DNA from: an uncultured Actinomycetota bacterium
GTDB taxonomy: Bacteria; Actinomycetota; Actinomycetes; JAHEKZ01
Direction of reading: 5' to 3'
NCBI GenBank assembly: GCA_963712425.1
Contig: CAVQHW010000001.1
Coordinates: 296,721 to 360,720 of the forward strand
Length of the DNA stretch: 64,000 nucleotides
In this document: one piece after another, positions 1 to 9,398 of the stretch
Layout: every line of letters starts with the position of its first letter
Position numbering within the stretch: position 1 is the first letter of the stretch
Notes under the pieces: generated by a model
What the model was told of the DNA's origin: nothing
What the model saw: the letters and a program-made list of their open reading frames with translations, nothing else
Database searches by the model: none
Translations under genes and position numbers: made by a program

Positions 1-56
1 GTCTACCGGCGAATGAGGGGTATTGCACCGAAGCTGAGTCACGCAGGTCAAGCGAG

Positions 57-130
57 TGGGGCGGGTGGGGCTCGAACCCACGACCGACGGATTATGAGTC
101 CGCTGCTCTAACCGGCTGAGCTACCGCCCC
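57..130 (-). tRNA. tRNA with CAT anticodon, most likely tRNA-Ile2 (lysidine type)
   Basis: Reverse complement GGGGCGGTAGCTCAGCCGGTTAGAGCAGCGGACTCATAATCCGTCGGTCGTGGGTTCGAGCCCCACCCGCCCCA folds as a cloverleaf. Paired G1-C72 and no GGG/CCC anticodon stem argue against initiator Met; GGG acceptor and discriminator A favour Ile2 over elongator Met. Confidence 0.92.
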
Positions 131-201
131 GTCACGCCTCTGGGGTAATCCCTGCAGCGTATGACCCGTGAAAGTTACCCCAAAGGTGTTGGATCAGGGG
201 T

Positions 202-903
202 ATGCGGCTCACACCCACCGAACGCGATCGACTCCTGGTCTTCTCAGCGGCTGAACTTGCCCGCCAACGCAAGGCGCGAGGGCTTCAGCTCAACGCCCCC
301 GAAGCCACAGCGATCATCGCTCACACCGTTATCGAAGCCGCACGCGACGGACGCCGGTTGCGCGAAGCAGTCAGCACCGCTCAGCAGGTGCTCTCCCCCG
401 ACGACGTGCTGCCAGGGGTCGCCGCTCTGGTACCTGAGGTATGGGTCGAAGCGGTGTTCGACGATGGCAGTCGCCTCGTGGTCGTGCCCGAACCCCTGGG
501 CGCGGCGTCCGAGCCCTCCCCCGGTGCAGTCACGCCAGCGAACGAGGAACTCCAGGTGACGCCCCCAACTGTCGCGCAGATCGAGGTCGAGAACACTTCT
601 GATGTCCCGATCAGCGTCACGTCGCACTTCCACTTCTTCGAGGTGAACCCTCGCCTGCGATTCGACCGGTCGGCCGCCTATGGCATGCGGCTGGCGATCG
701 GCGCAGGCGAAGCCGTCCGATTCGAACCACAGGGGACGCACTCCGTGCCGCTGGCGCCGATCAGTGGTGATCGCGTCGTGATCGGGTTCGCTGGCCTCGT
801 CGATGGGCCGCTTGATGCCGCGGGCGCCAAGGAGGCTGCCATCACGAAGGCCAGGGCGACCGGGTTTCTCGATTCGCGCGATTCAACGGGAGACACCGAA
901 TGA
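202..903 (+). CDS. ureAB: Fused urease gamma/beta subunit (UreAB), divergent clade
   Basis: N-terminal [12 protein letters not shown]...LNAPEA...[11 protein letters not shown] (gamma) joined to [34 protein letters not shown]...VRFEP (beta); ATGA overlap with the next gene. Confidence 0.93.
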   Translation: MRLTPTERDRLLVFSAAELARQRKARGLQLNAPEATAIIAHTVIEAARDGRRLREAVSTAQQVLSPDDVLPGVAALVPEVWVEAVFDDGSRLVVVPEPLGAASEPSPGAVTPANEELQVTPPTVAQIEVENTSDVPISVTSHFHFFEVNPRLRFDRSAAYGMRLAIGAGEAVRFEPQGTHSVPLAPISGDRVVIGFAGLVDGPLDAAGAKEAAITKARATGFLDSRDSTGDTE

Positions 904-2573
904 AGGGCTCCGACTACGCCGCAATCCACGGGGCGACGACCGGCGACTTGGTCGCTCTCGGCGACACCGGATTGGTAGTACGAGTCGAGTCTGACTCCCA
1001 GAAACGCGGCGACGAGTTCTTGATGGGTTTCGGAAAGACCGCCCGCGATGGCATGCACTTACAAGCCGTGACCACATCGGAGTCGTGCGACCTCGTCGTC
1101 TCGAACGTGTTGCTGCTCGACCCGGTGCTTGGCATCAGGAAGGTGTCGATCGGCATTCGCGAAGGTCGCATCAGCGCGATCGGGCGAGCCGGTAATCCGA
1201 ACACGCTCGATGGCGTCGACGTCGTCGTCGGCAACAGCACGGCAGTCGTCAACGGCGAGGGGTTGATCGCTACACCTGGCGCGATTGACACCCACGTTCA
1301 CGCGATCTCGCCGCGCATCATGGAAGCGGCGTTGTCGTCTGGGGTCACGACCATCATTGCGCAAGAGTTCGGCCCGGTCTGGGGTGTTGGAGTGAACTCT
1401 CCGTGGGGGCTCCGCCATGCGTTCAAATCTTTCGATGCGTGGCCGGTGAACATCGGATTTCTCGGTCGTGGATCTTCCTCGGAACGAGGTCCGCTGCGCG
1501 AGGCACTGGAGCTGGGCGGCGTGTGCGGCTTCAAGGTGCACGAAGACACCGGGGCGCACGCTCGTGCACTCGACACAGCGCTCACCGTCGCCGAAGAGTA
1601 CGACGTGCAAGTGGCGCTGCACACCGATGGGCTCAACGAGAACATGTCGGTCGCCGACACGCTCGGTGTCATCGACGGTCGCACGATTCATGCCTTCCAC
1701 GTCGAAGGCTGCGGGGGCGGCCACGTTCCAAACGTGTTGCAGCTGGCCGGTGTAGCCAACGTCATCGGTTCGTCAACTAACCCGACACTTCCGTACGGAC
1801 GCGACGCAATCGACGAGCACCTCGACATGATCATGGCGAGCCACGGCATGAAACCAGATCTGCCCAGTGACGTGCAGATGGCGTCCGAGAGGATTCGCGG
1901 CGCAACGATGGCAGGCGAGAACGTGCTGCATGACCTTGGCGTCATCCCGATCACCACGTCGGACGCGCAGGGCATGGGACGTGCTGGAGAGACTGTCAAG
2001 CGAACCTTTGCTCTGGCCGCTGTCAACAAGCGTTACCGCGGACCGCTCGAAGGCGACGACGAGATGAGTGACAACACGCGAGTCCTGCAGTACGTCGCCA
2101 AGCTCACCATCAATCCAGCGATCGCCCACGGTTTCGCCGACGAGCTCGGATCCCTCGAGATCGGAAAGCTGGCTGACATCGTGCTGTGGGAGCCGGCGTG
2201 GTTCGGCGCCAAGCCGAGCCTCGTGCTGAAGGCAGGGTTCCCGGCGTGGGGTTTGACGGGCGACCCCAACGCGACGGTCGACCGCGCCGAACCGCTGGTG
2301 CTCGGCGCGCAGTTCGGGGCGCACGGCCCGGTGCCCGCCGACCTGTCGATCGCGCTGACCAACGGCGCATGCGACCCCGACGGTCTCGGACTCCGACGAC
2401 GGGCGTTCCCGGTGCATCACTGCCGGTCGATAGGCCTGCCAGACATGGTCGCAAACCGCCGAGTCGGTCAGACCGTGGTCGACACACGAGGCGAGCAGGT
2501 GACTTTCGACGGCGAGTTGTTGCGAGCGGAGCCGATCGAGTCGGTCAGCTTAAGTCGCCTGTACTTTCTCTAG
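900..2573 (+). CDS. ureC: Urease alpha subunit paralogue (Ni-amidohydrolase)
   Basis: Metal-ligand motifs IDTHVH, GFKVHED (carbamylated Lys), [18 protein letters not shown] and TSDAQGMGR; C-terminal [14 protein letters not shown] and [14 protein letters not shown]. Confidence 0.93.
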   Translation: MKGSDYAAIHGATTGDLVALGDTGLVVRVESDSQKRGDEFLMGFGKTARDGMHLQAVTTSESCDLVVSNVLLLDPVLGIRKVSIGIREGRISAIGRAGNPNTLDGVDVVVGNSTAVVNGEGLIATPGAIDTHVHAISPRIMEAALSSGVTTIIAQEFGPVWGVGVNSPWGLRHAFKSFDAWPVNIGFLGRGSSSERGPLREALELGGVCGFKVHEDTGAHARALDTALTVAEEYDVQVALHTDGLNENMSVADTLGVIDGRTIHAFHVEGCGGGHVPNVLQLAGVANVIGSSTNPTLPYGRDAIDEHLDMIMASHGMKPDLPSDVQMASERIRGATMAGENVLHDLGVIPITTSDAQGMGRAGETVKRTFALAAVNKRYRGPLEGDDEMSDNTRVLQYVAKLTINPAIAHGFADELGSLEIGKLADIVLWEPAWFGAKPSLVLKAGFPAWGLTGDPNATVDRAEPLVLGAQFGAHGPVPADLSIALTNGACDPDGLGLRRRAFPVHHCRSIGLPDMVANRRVGQTVVDTRGEQVTFDGELLRAEPIESVSLSRLYFL

Positions 2574-2601
2574 ACCCCGGTGCCGACGTCGGCCGATTGA
2601 C

Positions 2602-3465
2602 TCAGCCGCCGCCGGCCATCGTCTGCGTGATCTCCGTCGAGGAGTCGCCACCTCGACGCAGTACCACGGCAACGAAAGCGATGGCCGCGAGCGTTAGCAC
2701 CAGCAGCACTGTCGACACCGCCGCGATCTCGGGCCTCAGCGCGGATCGCACCGCCGAGAAGATGTAGACGGGCAAGGGGGTTGAGCCCGCAACGCTGATG
2801 AATGAGGCGATGATCGTGTTGTCAAGGCTGAGCGTGAACGCCAGCAGCGCAGCAGCAATCACCGCAGGCATCATCAAGGGCAACGTGATCTGACGAAACC
2901 GGTTCCACGGGGTCGCGTACAGATCCGCCGCAGACTCCTCAAGTGACTCATCGAGCCCGCTCATGCGCGCCCGAATAATGAGGGCGACCACTGCGGTGGC
3001 AAAGATTCCGCTACCAATCGTGAGTCGTACCAAGCCATCCTGGAACAGGGTCAACCCCGCGTCACCGCCGAGCCAGACGAACCAAGGAAGTAGCGCCACT
3101 GCGTCCACGATCTCGGGCGTCACCAACACCAGTGCCAGAATTCCGAGAAAGAAGTACGTCCACTTGCCTGGGCGCCTTGCGAGTGCGACACCAGCCAGAG
3201 ACCCCAAGATGGTCGACACGACTGCCGACAGCAGGGCTACGCGGATCGACACCCATAGGGCGTCTTTGATTGCTTCGTTCTGCCATACCGCTTCGTACGA
3301 GGTGAAGCCGAAGCTCTCCCACGACACCAACAACCGGCCGGTGTTGAACGAGTAGATGACGATGATGAGGATCGGCGCGAACAAGAAGAGGAAGACGAGC
3401 ACTCCCCAGACGGTCATCAGCACGTTGACCCAGTCGCGGCGCTTGCCGATTGTCTGCGCGCTCAC
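2602..3465 (-). CDS. Polyamine-type ABC transporter permease (PotC-like)
   Basis: Multiple TM helices, IYSFN motif, EAA loop LDESLEESAADLYATPWNRFRQITLP, FTLSLDN. Confidence 0.9.
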   Translation of the reverse strand: MSAQTIGKRRDWVNVLMTVWGVLVFLFLFAPILIIVIYSFNTGRLLVSWESFGFTSYEAVWQNEAIKDALWVSIRVALLSAVVSTILGSLAGVALARRPGKWTYFFLGILALVLVTPEIVDAVALLPWFVWLGGDAGLTLFQDGLVRLTIGSGIFATAVVALIIRARMSGLDESLEESAADLYATPWNRFRQITLPLMMPAVIAAALLAFTLSLDNTIIASFISVAGSTPLPVYIFSAVRSALRPEIAAVSTVLLVLTLAAIAFVAVVLRRGGDSSTEITQTMAGGG

Positions 3466-4433
3466 GCGACGCCACCGAGGTCAATTCGGCGGTTCCGACG
3501 AATCAGCGTGCGAGCGATCAATCCGAGCAGCGCGAACACGGCAGCCGTTCCGAGAATGAAGGCGATGAGGAGGACCGCCGTCGCTGATCCAAGCGCCCAG
3601 TTCTGCGCGCTCTGGAACATGTTGGCGACAAGGACGCCGATCATCGTTCCCTGCGCACCGCCAAGCAGCGAGGCAGTGATGTAGTCGCCCATCAAGGGGA
3701 TGAACACCAGCAAAAGCCCGGCCACCACACCAGGCATGGCGATCGGCAGGCTCACCTGTCGGAACGTTGCCCAGCGCCCGGCGTAGAGGTCTTTGCTGGC
3801 CTCTCGCAGCGTCGCGTCCAAACGGTCGAACGCCACGAATAGCGGCAGGATCATCAACGGCAGGTAGTTATAGATCGACGCCGATCTGCACTGCGGTTCG
3901 CGTCTTGTCGATTCCCGAGCGGGCTGCCCAACACCTTGATGTCTTGCAGGAAGCCCGAGAGGAACCCATCGGGAGCCAAGAATGATCTGCCACCCGATGG
4001 TGCGTACCAGGAAGTTCGTCCAGAACGGCACGAGCACCAGACCGAGCAGCAACCCACGCCACTTGGGATCAACCTTGACCGCCAACCAGTACGCAAACGG
4101 CAGAGCAACAATCAAGCAGAGGAAGGTGCCGATGATCGAGATCTGCAGGGTGTTCTTGAAGATGGGAACGTAGGCCGGCTCGAATGCCTCGACATACCGG
4201 TCGAACGACAACTTGTCGGTGGCGACGGTGTCGAAGATGCCTGGCTTGTAGCCAAGGCTGTAGTAGAAGACGAGACCGACCGGCGCCACAAAGAACAGCA
4301 GGAACCACACCCAGGCAGGCGCCGCCAGTGCCCACTTCGGTACCCACGAGCGACGCTTGCCCCTGGGACGACTCGGCTCAGGCTGAGCCGTCCCAGGGTC
4401 CTCCGCAACTGGTGGTTCGGTCGTGACGCTCAC
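3462..4433 (-). CDS. Polyamine-type ABC transporter permease (PotB-like); three compensating single-base insertions at about 3870-3975
   Basis: LVPFWTNFLVRT and YNYLPLMILPLF...LREASKDL motifs. The plausible segment APDGFLSGFLQDIKVLG...KTRTAVQIGV is spread over two other reading frames. Confidence 0.88.
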   Translation of the reverse strand: MSVTTEPPVAEDPGTAQPEPSRPRGKRRSWVPKWALAAPAWVWFLLFFVAPVGLVFYYSLGYKPGIFDTVATDKLSFDRYVEAFEPAYVPIFKNTLQISIIGTFLCLIVALPFAYWLAVKVDPKWRGLLLGLVLVPFWTNFLVRTIGWQIILGSRWVPLGLPARHQGVGQPARESTRREPQCRSASIYNYLPLMILPLFVAFDRLDATLREASKDLYAGRWATFRQVSLPIAMPGVVAGLLLVFIPLMGDYITASLLGGAQGTMIGVLVANMFQSAQNWALGSATAVLLIAFILGTAAVFALLGLIARTLIRRNRRIDLGGVA

Positions 4434-4435
4434 TA

Positions 4436-5614
4436 CTAGCCGACCGCCGCGGCCTTCATCTTGTTGGCTATCTCAACGCGCTGCTGCTGACTGTTGTTGA
4501 CTTCACCGGCGTCCATCGTGGCGATCTGGTCCGGCGTGAAGAACACCATGTCGAGCCGCTCGATGCCAGCCTCCTCGGCCGCAGGCTCAATGCCCTCGAC
4601 GGCGGTGTGGTAGCCGACCCAGCTCAGCGTCTGGAGCGAAACGTCCTTGTCGAGGTTGTAGTTGATCCACGCGTAGGCAGCGTTCGGGTTGGGTGCACCA
4701 GTCGGGATACACCAGTTGTCCATCCAGAGCTCAGAACGCGGCGCTGGGAAGACCCACTCCCACTTGTCGTCGTCGGCGCTCAGGATGCCCTGACGCCCGT
4801 CACCGTTCCAGGCCTGGCACAAGTAGTACGAGCCCTGCGGAATGCCGCTGCTGCCTGGGTACGACTCGAACGCCTTGATATGCGGCGCCAACTCGTTGAC
4901 CAGGAAGTCCTCGCACTCTTGGAGCAGAGCAGGATCCTCGGTGTTCCAGTCTTCGTCTTTCGACCAGAAGTAGATGCCGATCGACTCGTTCGGGTCGTCG
5001 AGGATGGACGTCTGCCCGCTTGCCTCGTTCTGTGTCGCGTCGATGAAGTCTTGCCACGTCGCCATCGGACGCGTGATCTTGGTCTTGTCGTAGACGTATC
5101 CAGTGGTGCCCCACGCCTTGGGTACCGAGTGCGCGTTGCCTGGGTCCCACGGCTGGTCGCGGTACTCCTCACCGATGTTCTCGAAGTTCGGAATGCGCGC
5201 CAGATCAAGCGGCATCAGCAGGTCGTTCTCGACCATTTGCGGGATGAAGACACCGGTGGGAACGACGATGTCGTACCCAGAGGTTCCCTCAGTGGCCACC
5301 AGCTTCGAGATCATCTCTTCGTTGGAGTTGTACGAGCTGACCTTGATCGTCGGGCCCTCTTGGTCGGTGAACTCCTTCATCACCTTGGGCCAGTCGTACT
5401 CACCCCACGTGAACATGTTGATCTGGTCTTCGAGCTCTCCGCTCGGAGCCGGTGACGCGCCAGCCGACGTGTCACCGTCGTCCCCACATCCGGTGATCAG
5501 TATCGAACTTCCAGCAACCGTCACCGTTGCGCCAGCCAGGAAGGCCCGACGTGAGATGCGGCTCATGGCAGCCGGGTGCGCGAGAACATTGACCATGTCG
5601 TCCTGGTCTGTCAT
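4436..5614 (-). CDS. Polyamine ABC substrate-binding protein (PotD/PotF-like) with Tat signal and lipobox
   Basis: SRRAFL twin-arginine motif, ITGC lipobox, TWGEY, SYNSNEEMISKL, YDIVVPT, PKAWGTTG, LWMDNWCIP. Confidence 0.9.
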   Translation of the reverse strand: MTDQDDMVNVLAHPAAMSRISRRAFLAGATVTVAGSSILITGCGDDGDTSAGASPAPSGELEDQINMFTWGEYDWPKVMKEFTDQEGPTIKVSSYNSNEEMISKLVATEGTSGYDIVVPTGVFIPQMVENDLLMPLDLARIPNFENIGEEYRDQPWDPGNAHSVPKAWGTTGYVYDKTKITRPMATWQDFIDATQNEASGQTSILDDPNESIGIYFWSKDEDWNTEDPALLQECEDFLVNELAPHIKAFESYPGSSGIPQGSYYLCQAWNGDGRQGILSADDDKWEWVFPAPRSELWMDNWCIPTGAPNPNAAYAWINYNLDKDVSLQTLSWVGYHTAVEGIEPAAEEAGIERLDMVFFTPDQIATMDAGEVNNSQQQRVEIANKMKAAAVG

Positions 5615-5670
5615 CGGTGACTCTCTTCCGTGAGAAGTGACTTCGTGTGTTGCGTGGACAAGCGTTGTAC

Positions 5671-6828
5671 CTATCCCCCTGCAATAACTTCTGACAGCTC
5701 ACTGGCTGGGTCAGCGAGCACAAACTCGGCCTGTTCGTCGGTGAACACCTGGCACTGCGACGGCTGCCACTGGCACCACACCCGCGCCCCTGGCAAGAGC
5801 CGTGGAGCACTTGTCCGCGGCACCCTGGCCAGCACCTCACCTTGACTGCTCGTCGTCACGACGAACTGAATGACGTCGCCGAGGTGTGACACGCCTGCCA
5901 ACACACCACTGAGGACGTTGTCGTTCGTGGCTGGCTGCGCCTCGAGGATTTCGACCGCCTCTGGCCGCACTGCCGCCAAAGCGTTGTCGCCGTTCTGCAG
6001 GGCGGGCGCCTCGCGACTGGACCGGCAGACCAAGCCGTCCGACTTGACGGCTGCGCCGCCGTCTTGGGCCACCCCACTGAAGAAGTTCTGCTGCCCGATA
6101 AACCCCGCGACGAATGCGGACTCTGGGTGTTCGTAGATCGTGTATGGGTCACCCAGTTGCTCAATCTGGCCATCGAGCATGACCGCGATGCGGTCACTCA
6201 TCGAGAGTGCTTCTTCTTGGTCGTGTGTGACGAAGATGAAGGTGATGCCGAGCTGCGACTGCAGCAGCTTGAGCTCAATCTGCATCTCTTCCCGCAGCTT
6301 GCGGTCGAGCGCACCGAGAGGTTCGTCGAGTAGCAGCAGGCTCGGTCGGTTGACCAGCGCTCGCGAGAGAGCCACGCGCTGCTGCTGACCACCCGACAAC
6401 TGCTTCGGCTTGCGCTCGGCAAGGGGCCGCATCTTGACCATGTCGAGCGCTTCGGCCACGCGCTGACTCATCTCGGCCTTGCCGACTCCGCGCTGGCGGA
6501 GCCCATACGCGACGTTCTCGGCCACCGTCATGTGGGGAAACAGTCCGTACGCCTGAAAGACCGTATTGACGTCGCGCTTGTGTGGTGGGGTTCCTGCGAT
6601 CGGCTTGCCACTGATGCGGAGCTCGCCAGACGTCGGTTCTTCAAAGCCTGCGAGCATGCGCAACGTCGTGGTCTTGCCACAACCACTCGGGCCCAGCAGC
6701 GACAGGAACTCCCCGGGCTGCACTGTCAGATTCACGTGGTCGACCGCGGTGAAGTCGCCGAACATCTTGACCACATCGACGAGCTCAACGGCTCCGGTCG
6801 CGCTCTCGGGGCGGCCTGCTTCTGTCAC
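5671..6828 (-). CDS. Polyamine ABC ATP-binding protein (PotA-like)
   Basis: Walker [17 protein letters not shown] signature, [15 protein letters not shown]-terminal TOBE-like region. The GTG start at 6828 is inferred; the ORF is open to 6912. Confidence 0.92.
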   Translation of the reverse strand: MTEAGRPESATGAVELVDVVKMFGDFTAVDHVNLTVQPGEFLSLLGPSGCGKTTTLRMLAGFEEPTSGELRISGKPIAGTPPHKRDVNTVFQAYGLFPHMTVAENVAYGLRQRGVGKAEMSQRVAEALDMVKMRPLAERKPKQLSGGQQQRVALSRALVNRPSLLLLDEPLGALDRKLREEMQIELKLLQSQLGITFIFVTHDQEEALSMSDRIAVMLDGQIEQLGDPYTIYEHPESAFVAGFIGQQNFFSGVAQDGGAAVKSDGLVCRSSREAPALQNGDNALAAVRPEAVEILEAQPATNDNVLSGVLAGVSHLGDVIQFVVTTSSQGEVLARVPRTSAPRLLPGARVWCQWQPSQCQVFTDEQAEFVLADPASELSEVIAGG

Positions 6829-6949
6829 TCGTTGGCACCTCTTCCTGGTGTCCTGGCGTGCCTTGGCGCAGTCAAGCAGAGTTTCATGCCATGGGCGGAT
6901 ATTTGCGACCAAGTCGTGACCTCTGAGTCACGCTCGGTGACGGCCGAAA

Positions 6950-8591
6950 TCACCGGTGATAGACGATCTGGCCCGCCGCCACCGTGAGATCGACAGCAGC
7001 ATCGGCGATCGTTCCCTCGCTGAGACCGAAGATATTGCGGTCGACCACCGCAATATCGGCCCGGGAGCCCGGCACCAGGCGTCCAGAATCCTGATCATCG
7101 TGATTGACGTAGGCCGTTCCTGACGTGAAGGCCGCCAGCGCCTGTGGGAGCGGCACGCGCTCGTCCGGCAGGAAGGCGGCCGATCTCGGGCTCGGCCGGA
7201 TCACGCCGGTTGACCATCACGTCGATCTCTTCCAGCGGGTTGGCGCTGGTGACCGACCAGTCGCTGCCCCCGGCCAGCCGCGAGCCAGTGCGAAGCATCG
7301 ACCCAAACGGGTATTGCTGCTCGACCCGATCCTTGCCAAGGAACGGCACGGTGAGCTCTTCCATCTGCGAGTCGGATTGGGCCCAGAGCGGCTGACAGTT
7401 GGCCACCACGTCCAGCTTGCCAAACCGCGCGATGTCGTCGGGGTGCACGATCTGCACGTGCGCGATGTGGTGTCTGTTGTCGCTAGGTCCGTTGGCCGAC
7501 CGCGCGGACGCCACCGCGTCGAGTGAGTTTCGCACCGCGCGGTCACCGATCGCGTGCATGTGAACCTGGAAACCGAGGCGGTCGAGCTCGGTCACCGCTG
7601 CGGCCAGCAGGTCTTGCTCGACGTAGGAGAAGCCGTGGTTGTCGGTGTGTCCGCCACACCCATCGCAGTACGGCTCGAGAAGTGCTCCCGTGAAGTTCTC
7701 GAGCACACCGTCAGTCATGATCTTCACGCTGGTGGCGTGGTAGTTGCCTACCACCCCGTTCTCACGCTGCGCCAAGAACTGCGGCACCTGTTCAAGCCCC
7801 TGGTGTCGGTCCCACCACAGCGCCCCGACAACGCGGGCAGTCAGACGTCCGTCGGCTGCAAGGGCGCGGTAGGCGTCGTGCGTTCCGGGAGTGATCCATG
7901 CGTCCTGCCAAGCGGTGATGCCCAGTGCGTGCAGGTGGCTCTGCGCGTTGAGGATCGCCGCCTCCCACTCCTCTTGAGCAGGGATCGGGACGAGGGTGTC
8001 GTTCATCGTGTACGCGGCGCCCTCGTGGAGCATGCCCGTCGGCTCGCCCGTCTTGTCGTCGCGCTCGATGCGTCCGTCGGAGGGGTCGGCGGTGTCTTTC
8101 GTGATACCCGCACGCTCGAGCGTGACCGAGTTGACCCAGGCACCGTGGACGTCTTTGTTGAACAAGAACACCGGTCGGTCAGGCACGATCGCATCGAGGT
8201 CTTCTTTGCGGGGCAAACCACCGGGGAACGCCTCCATGGCCCAGCCACCACCGACGATCCAAGGCTCATCCGGGTTCGCGGCGGCATACTCGGCGATCAG
8301 CCGTAGGTAGTCATCGCGGCCAACGACGTCGTTGAGCCAGACCCGCAGGCGGTTTCGGCCAGCGAAGGGGGCATGAATATGGGCGTCCTGAAAGCCAGGG
8401 ACAGCTAGGCGTCCCGGCATCGAGATCACCTCGGTATTGGGGCCGCCACGAAACTGCGCAAGATCGCCGTCGTGCGTGCCGATCGCCAGAATTCGACCGT
8501 CCTTGATGGCGATCTCACGAGCCCACGACTGTTTCTCGTCGTTGCAGTAGACATCGAGGTCGGTGAGCAGCAGGTCAGCGGTGGGAGACAT
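6950..8591 (-). CDS. Amidohydrolase 3 family (YtcJ/NfdA-like) metal-dependent hydrolase; frameshift near 7190
   Basis: PGFQDAHIH, KIMTDG, HMHAIGD, HHIAH, GSDW motifs. The C-terminus (ALAAFTSGTAY...GRLVPGSRADIAVVD) lies in ORF 6950-7204 in another frame. Confidence 0.88.
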
Positions 8592-8650
8592 GCAGGCATC
8601 CTGTCCAACCTGATCGGACGCGGCAAGTAAGACGGGAGACTATGACGGCA

Positions 8651-9307
8651 CTAACGTGCCCGGCGCATCAGACCGGCCGGGTCAAGCACCTCGATCCGCC
8701 CGCGACCCACCGCGATGAGCCCGGCGTCCTGCAAACTCATGAGCTCCTTGTTCGCCGTCGGTCGCGTCGTTCCAGCGAGGCCGGCCACATCCTCTTGAGT
8801 GATCGGAAGTGCTGTGCTCGAACTTGTCGCATACATCGCGTGAAGCTCGAGAAGTCGGCGACGTATGCGTTTGGGTACCGGAAGGTAAAGCGCTTCTACC
8901 AACTGGTGAGACAGGCGCCGAACTTCCGCAGTCATGATCTCGGTGAGCACTCGGTCGATGTCGCTGTCTCGCTGCCGCAGACCTGCGAAGGCGTCCGCCG
9001 TGATAACCAGCGTCTCGACGCTCTCGATCGCCCGAACCGTGGCGAGTCGCGGCCCCGGCGAGACCAGGGCCAGCTCACCGAAGTGACCTCCGGCGGCGAT
9101 GACACGGACCGTGGCAACGTCACCTTGAGGGGTGGTGATCCGCACGAAGACGTGACCGCTGGCGACCAGGTGAACCGTGTCTCCAGGATCTCCCTCGTGG
9201 AAGATGACCTCACCACGACCGAACTGTCGACGGCGAGCGTGACCGACCAATAGGTCACGGTCGGCGTCAGACAGCGATGCGAGTAACTGCCACTCGGGGT
9301 CGACCAC
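8651..9307 (-). CDS. Crp/Fnr family transcriptional regulator
   Basis: cNMP-binding domain (VIFHEGDPGD, GGHFGELAL, RLATVRA) plus HTH ITQEDVAGLAGTTRPTANKEL. Start inferred at GTG 9307. Confidence 0.88.
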   Translation of the reverse strand: MVDPEWQLLASLSDADRDLLVGHARRRQFGRGEVIFHEGDPGDTVHLVASGHVFVRITTPQGDVATVRVIAAGGHFGELALVSPGPRLATVRAIESVETLVITADAFAGLRQRDSDIDRVLTEIMTAEVRRLSHQLVEALYLPVPKRIRRRLLELHAMYATSSSTALPITQEDVAGLAGTTRPTANKELMSLQDAGLIAVGRGRIEVLDPAGLMRRAR

Positions 9308-9398
9308 AGCTTCTCCCTTCGTCCCGCCACCATAGGGGTTCGCCGCAGTACGCTCGTGGACGCGGCCAGCAGGTGCACGCGGCGCGCGAAGGAGGGGC

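Noticed and set aside
43-50. gcaggtca just 3' of tRNA-Ile2, the same core as the motif near tRNA-Asn
   Set aside because: An 8-mer that also occurs in coding regions (8570, 58829) and is in the opposite orientation relative to the tRNA; not enough alone.
131-201. GlnR box upstream of ureAB
   Set aside because: Single GTnAC half-sites exist (gtcac, gttac) but no convincing second site at 6-bp spacing.
6012-6022. cgcgactggac matching the 3' part of tRNA-Asn (possible attL/attR)
   Set aside because: Only 11 nt and inside the intact potA coding sequence; consistent with chance.
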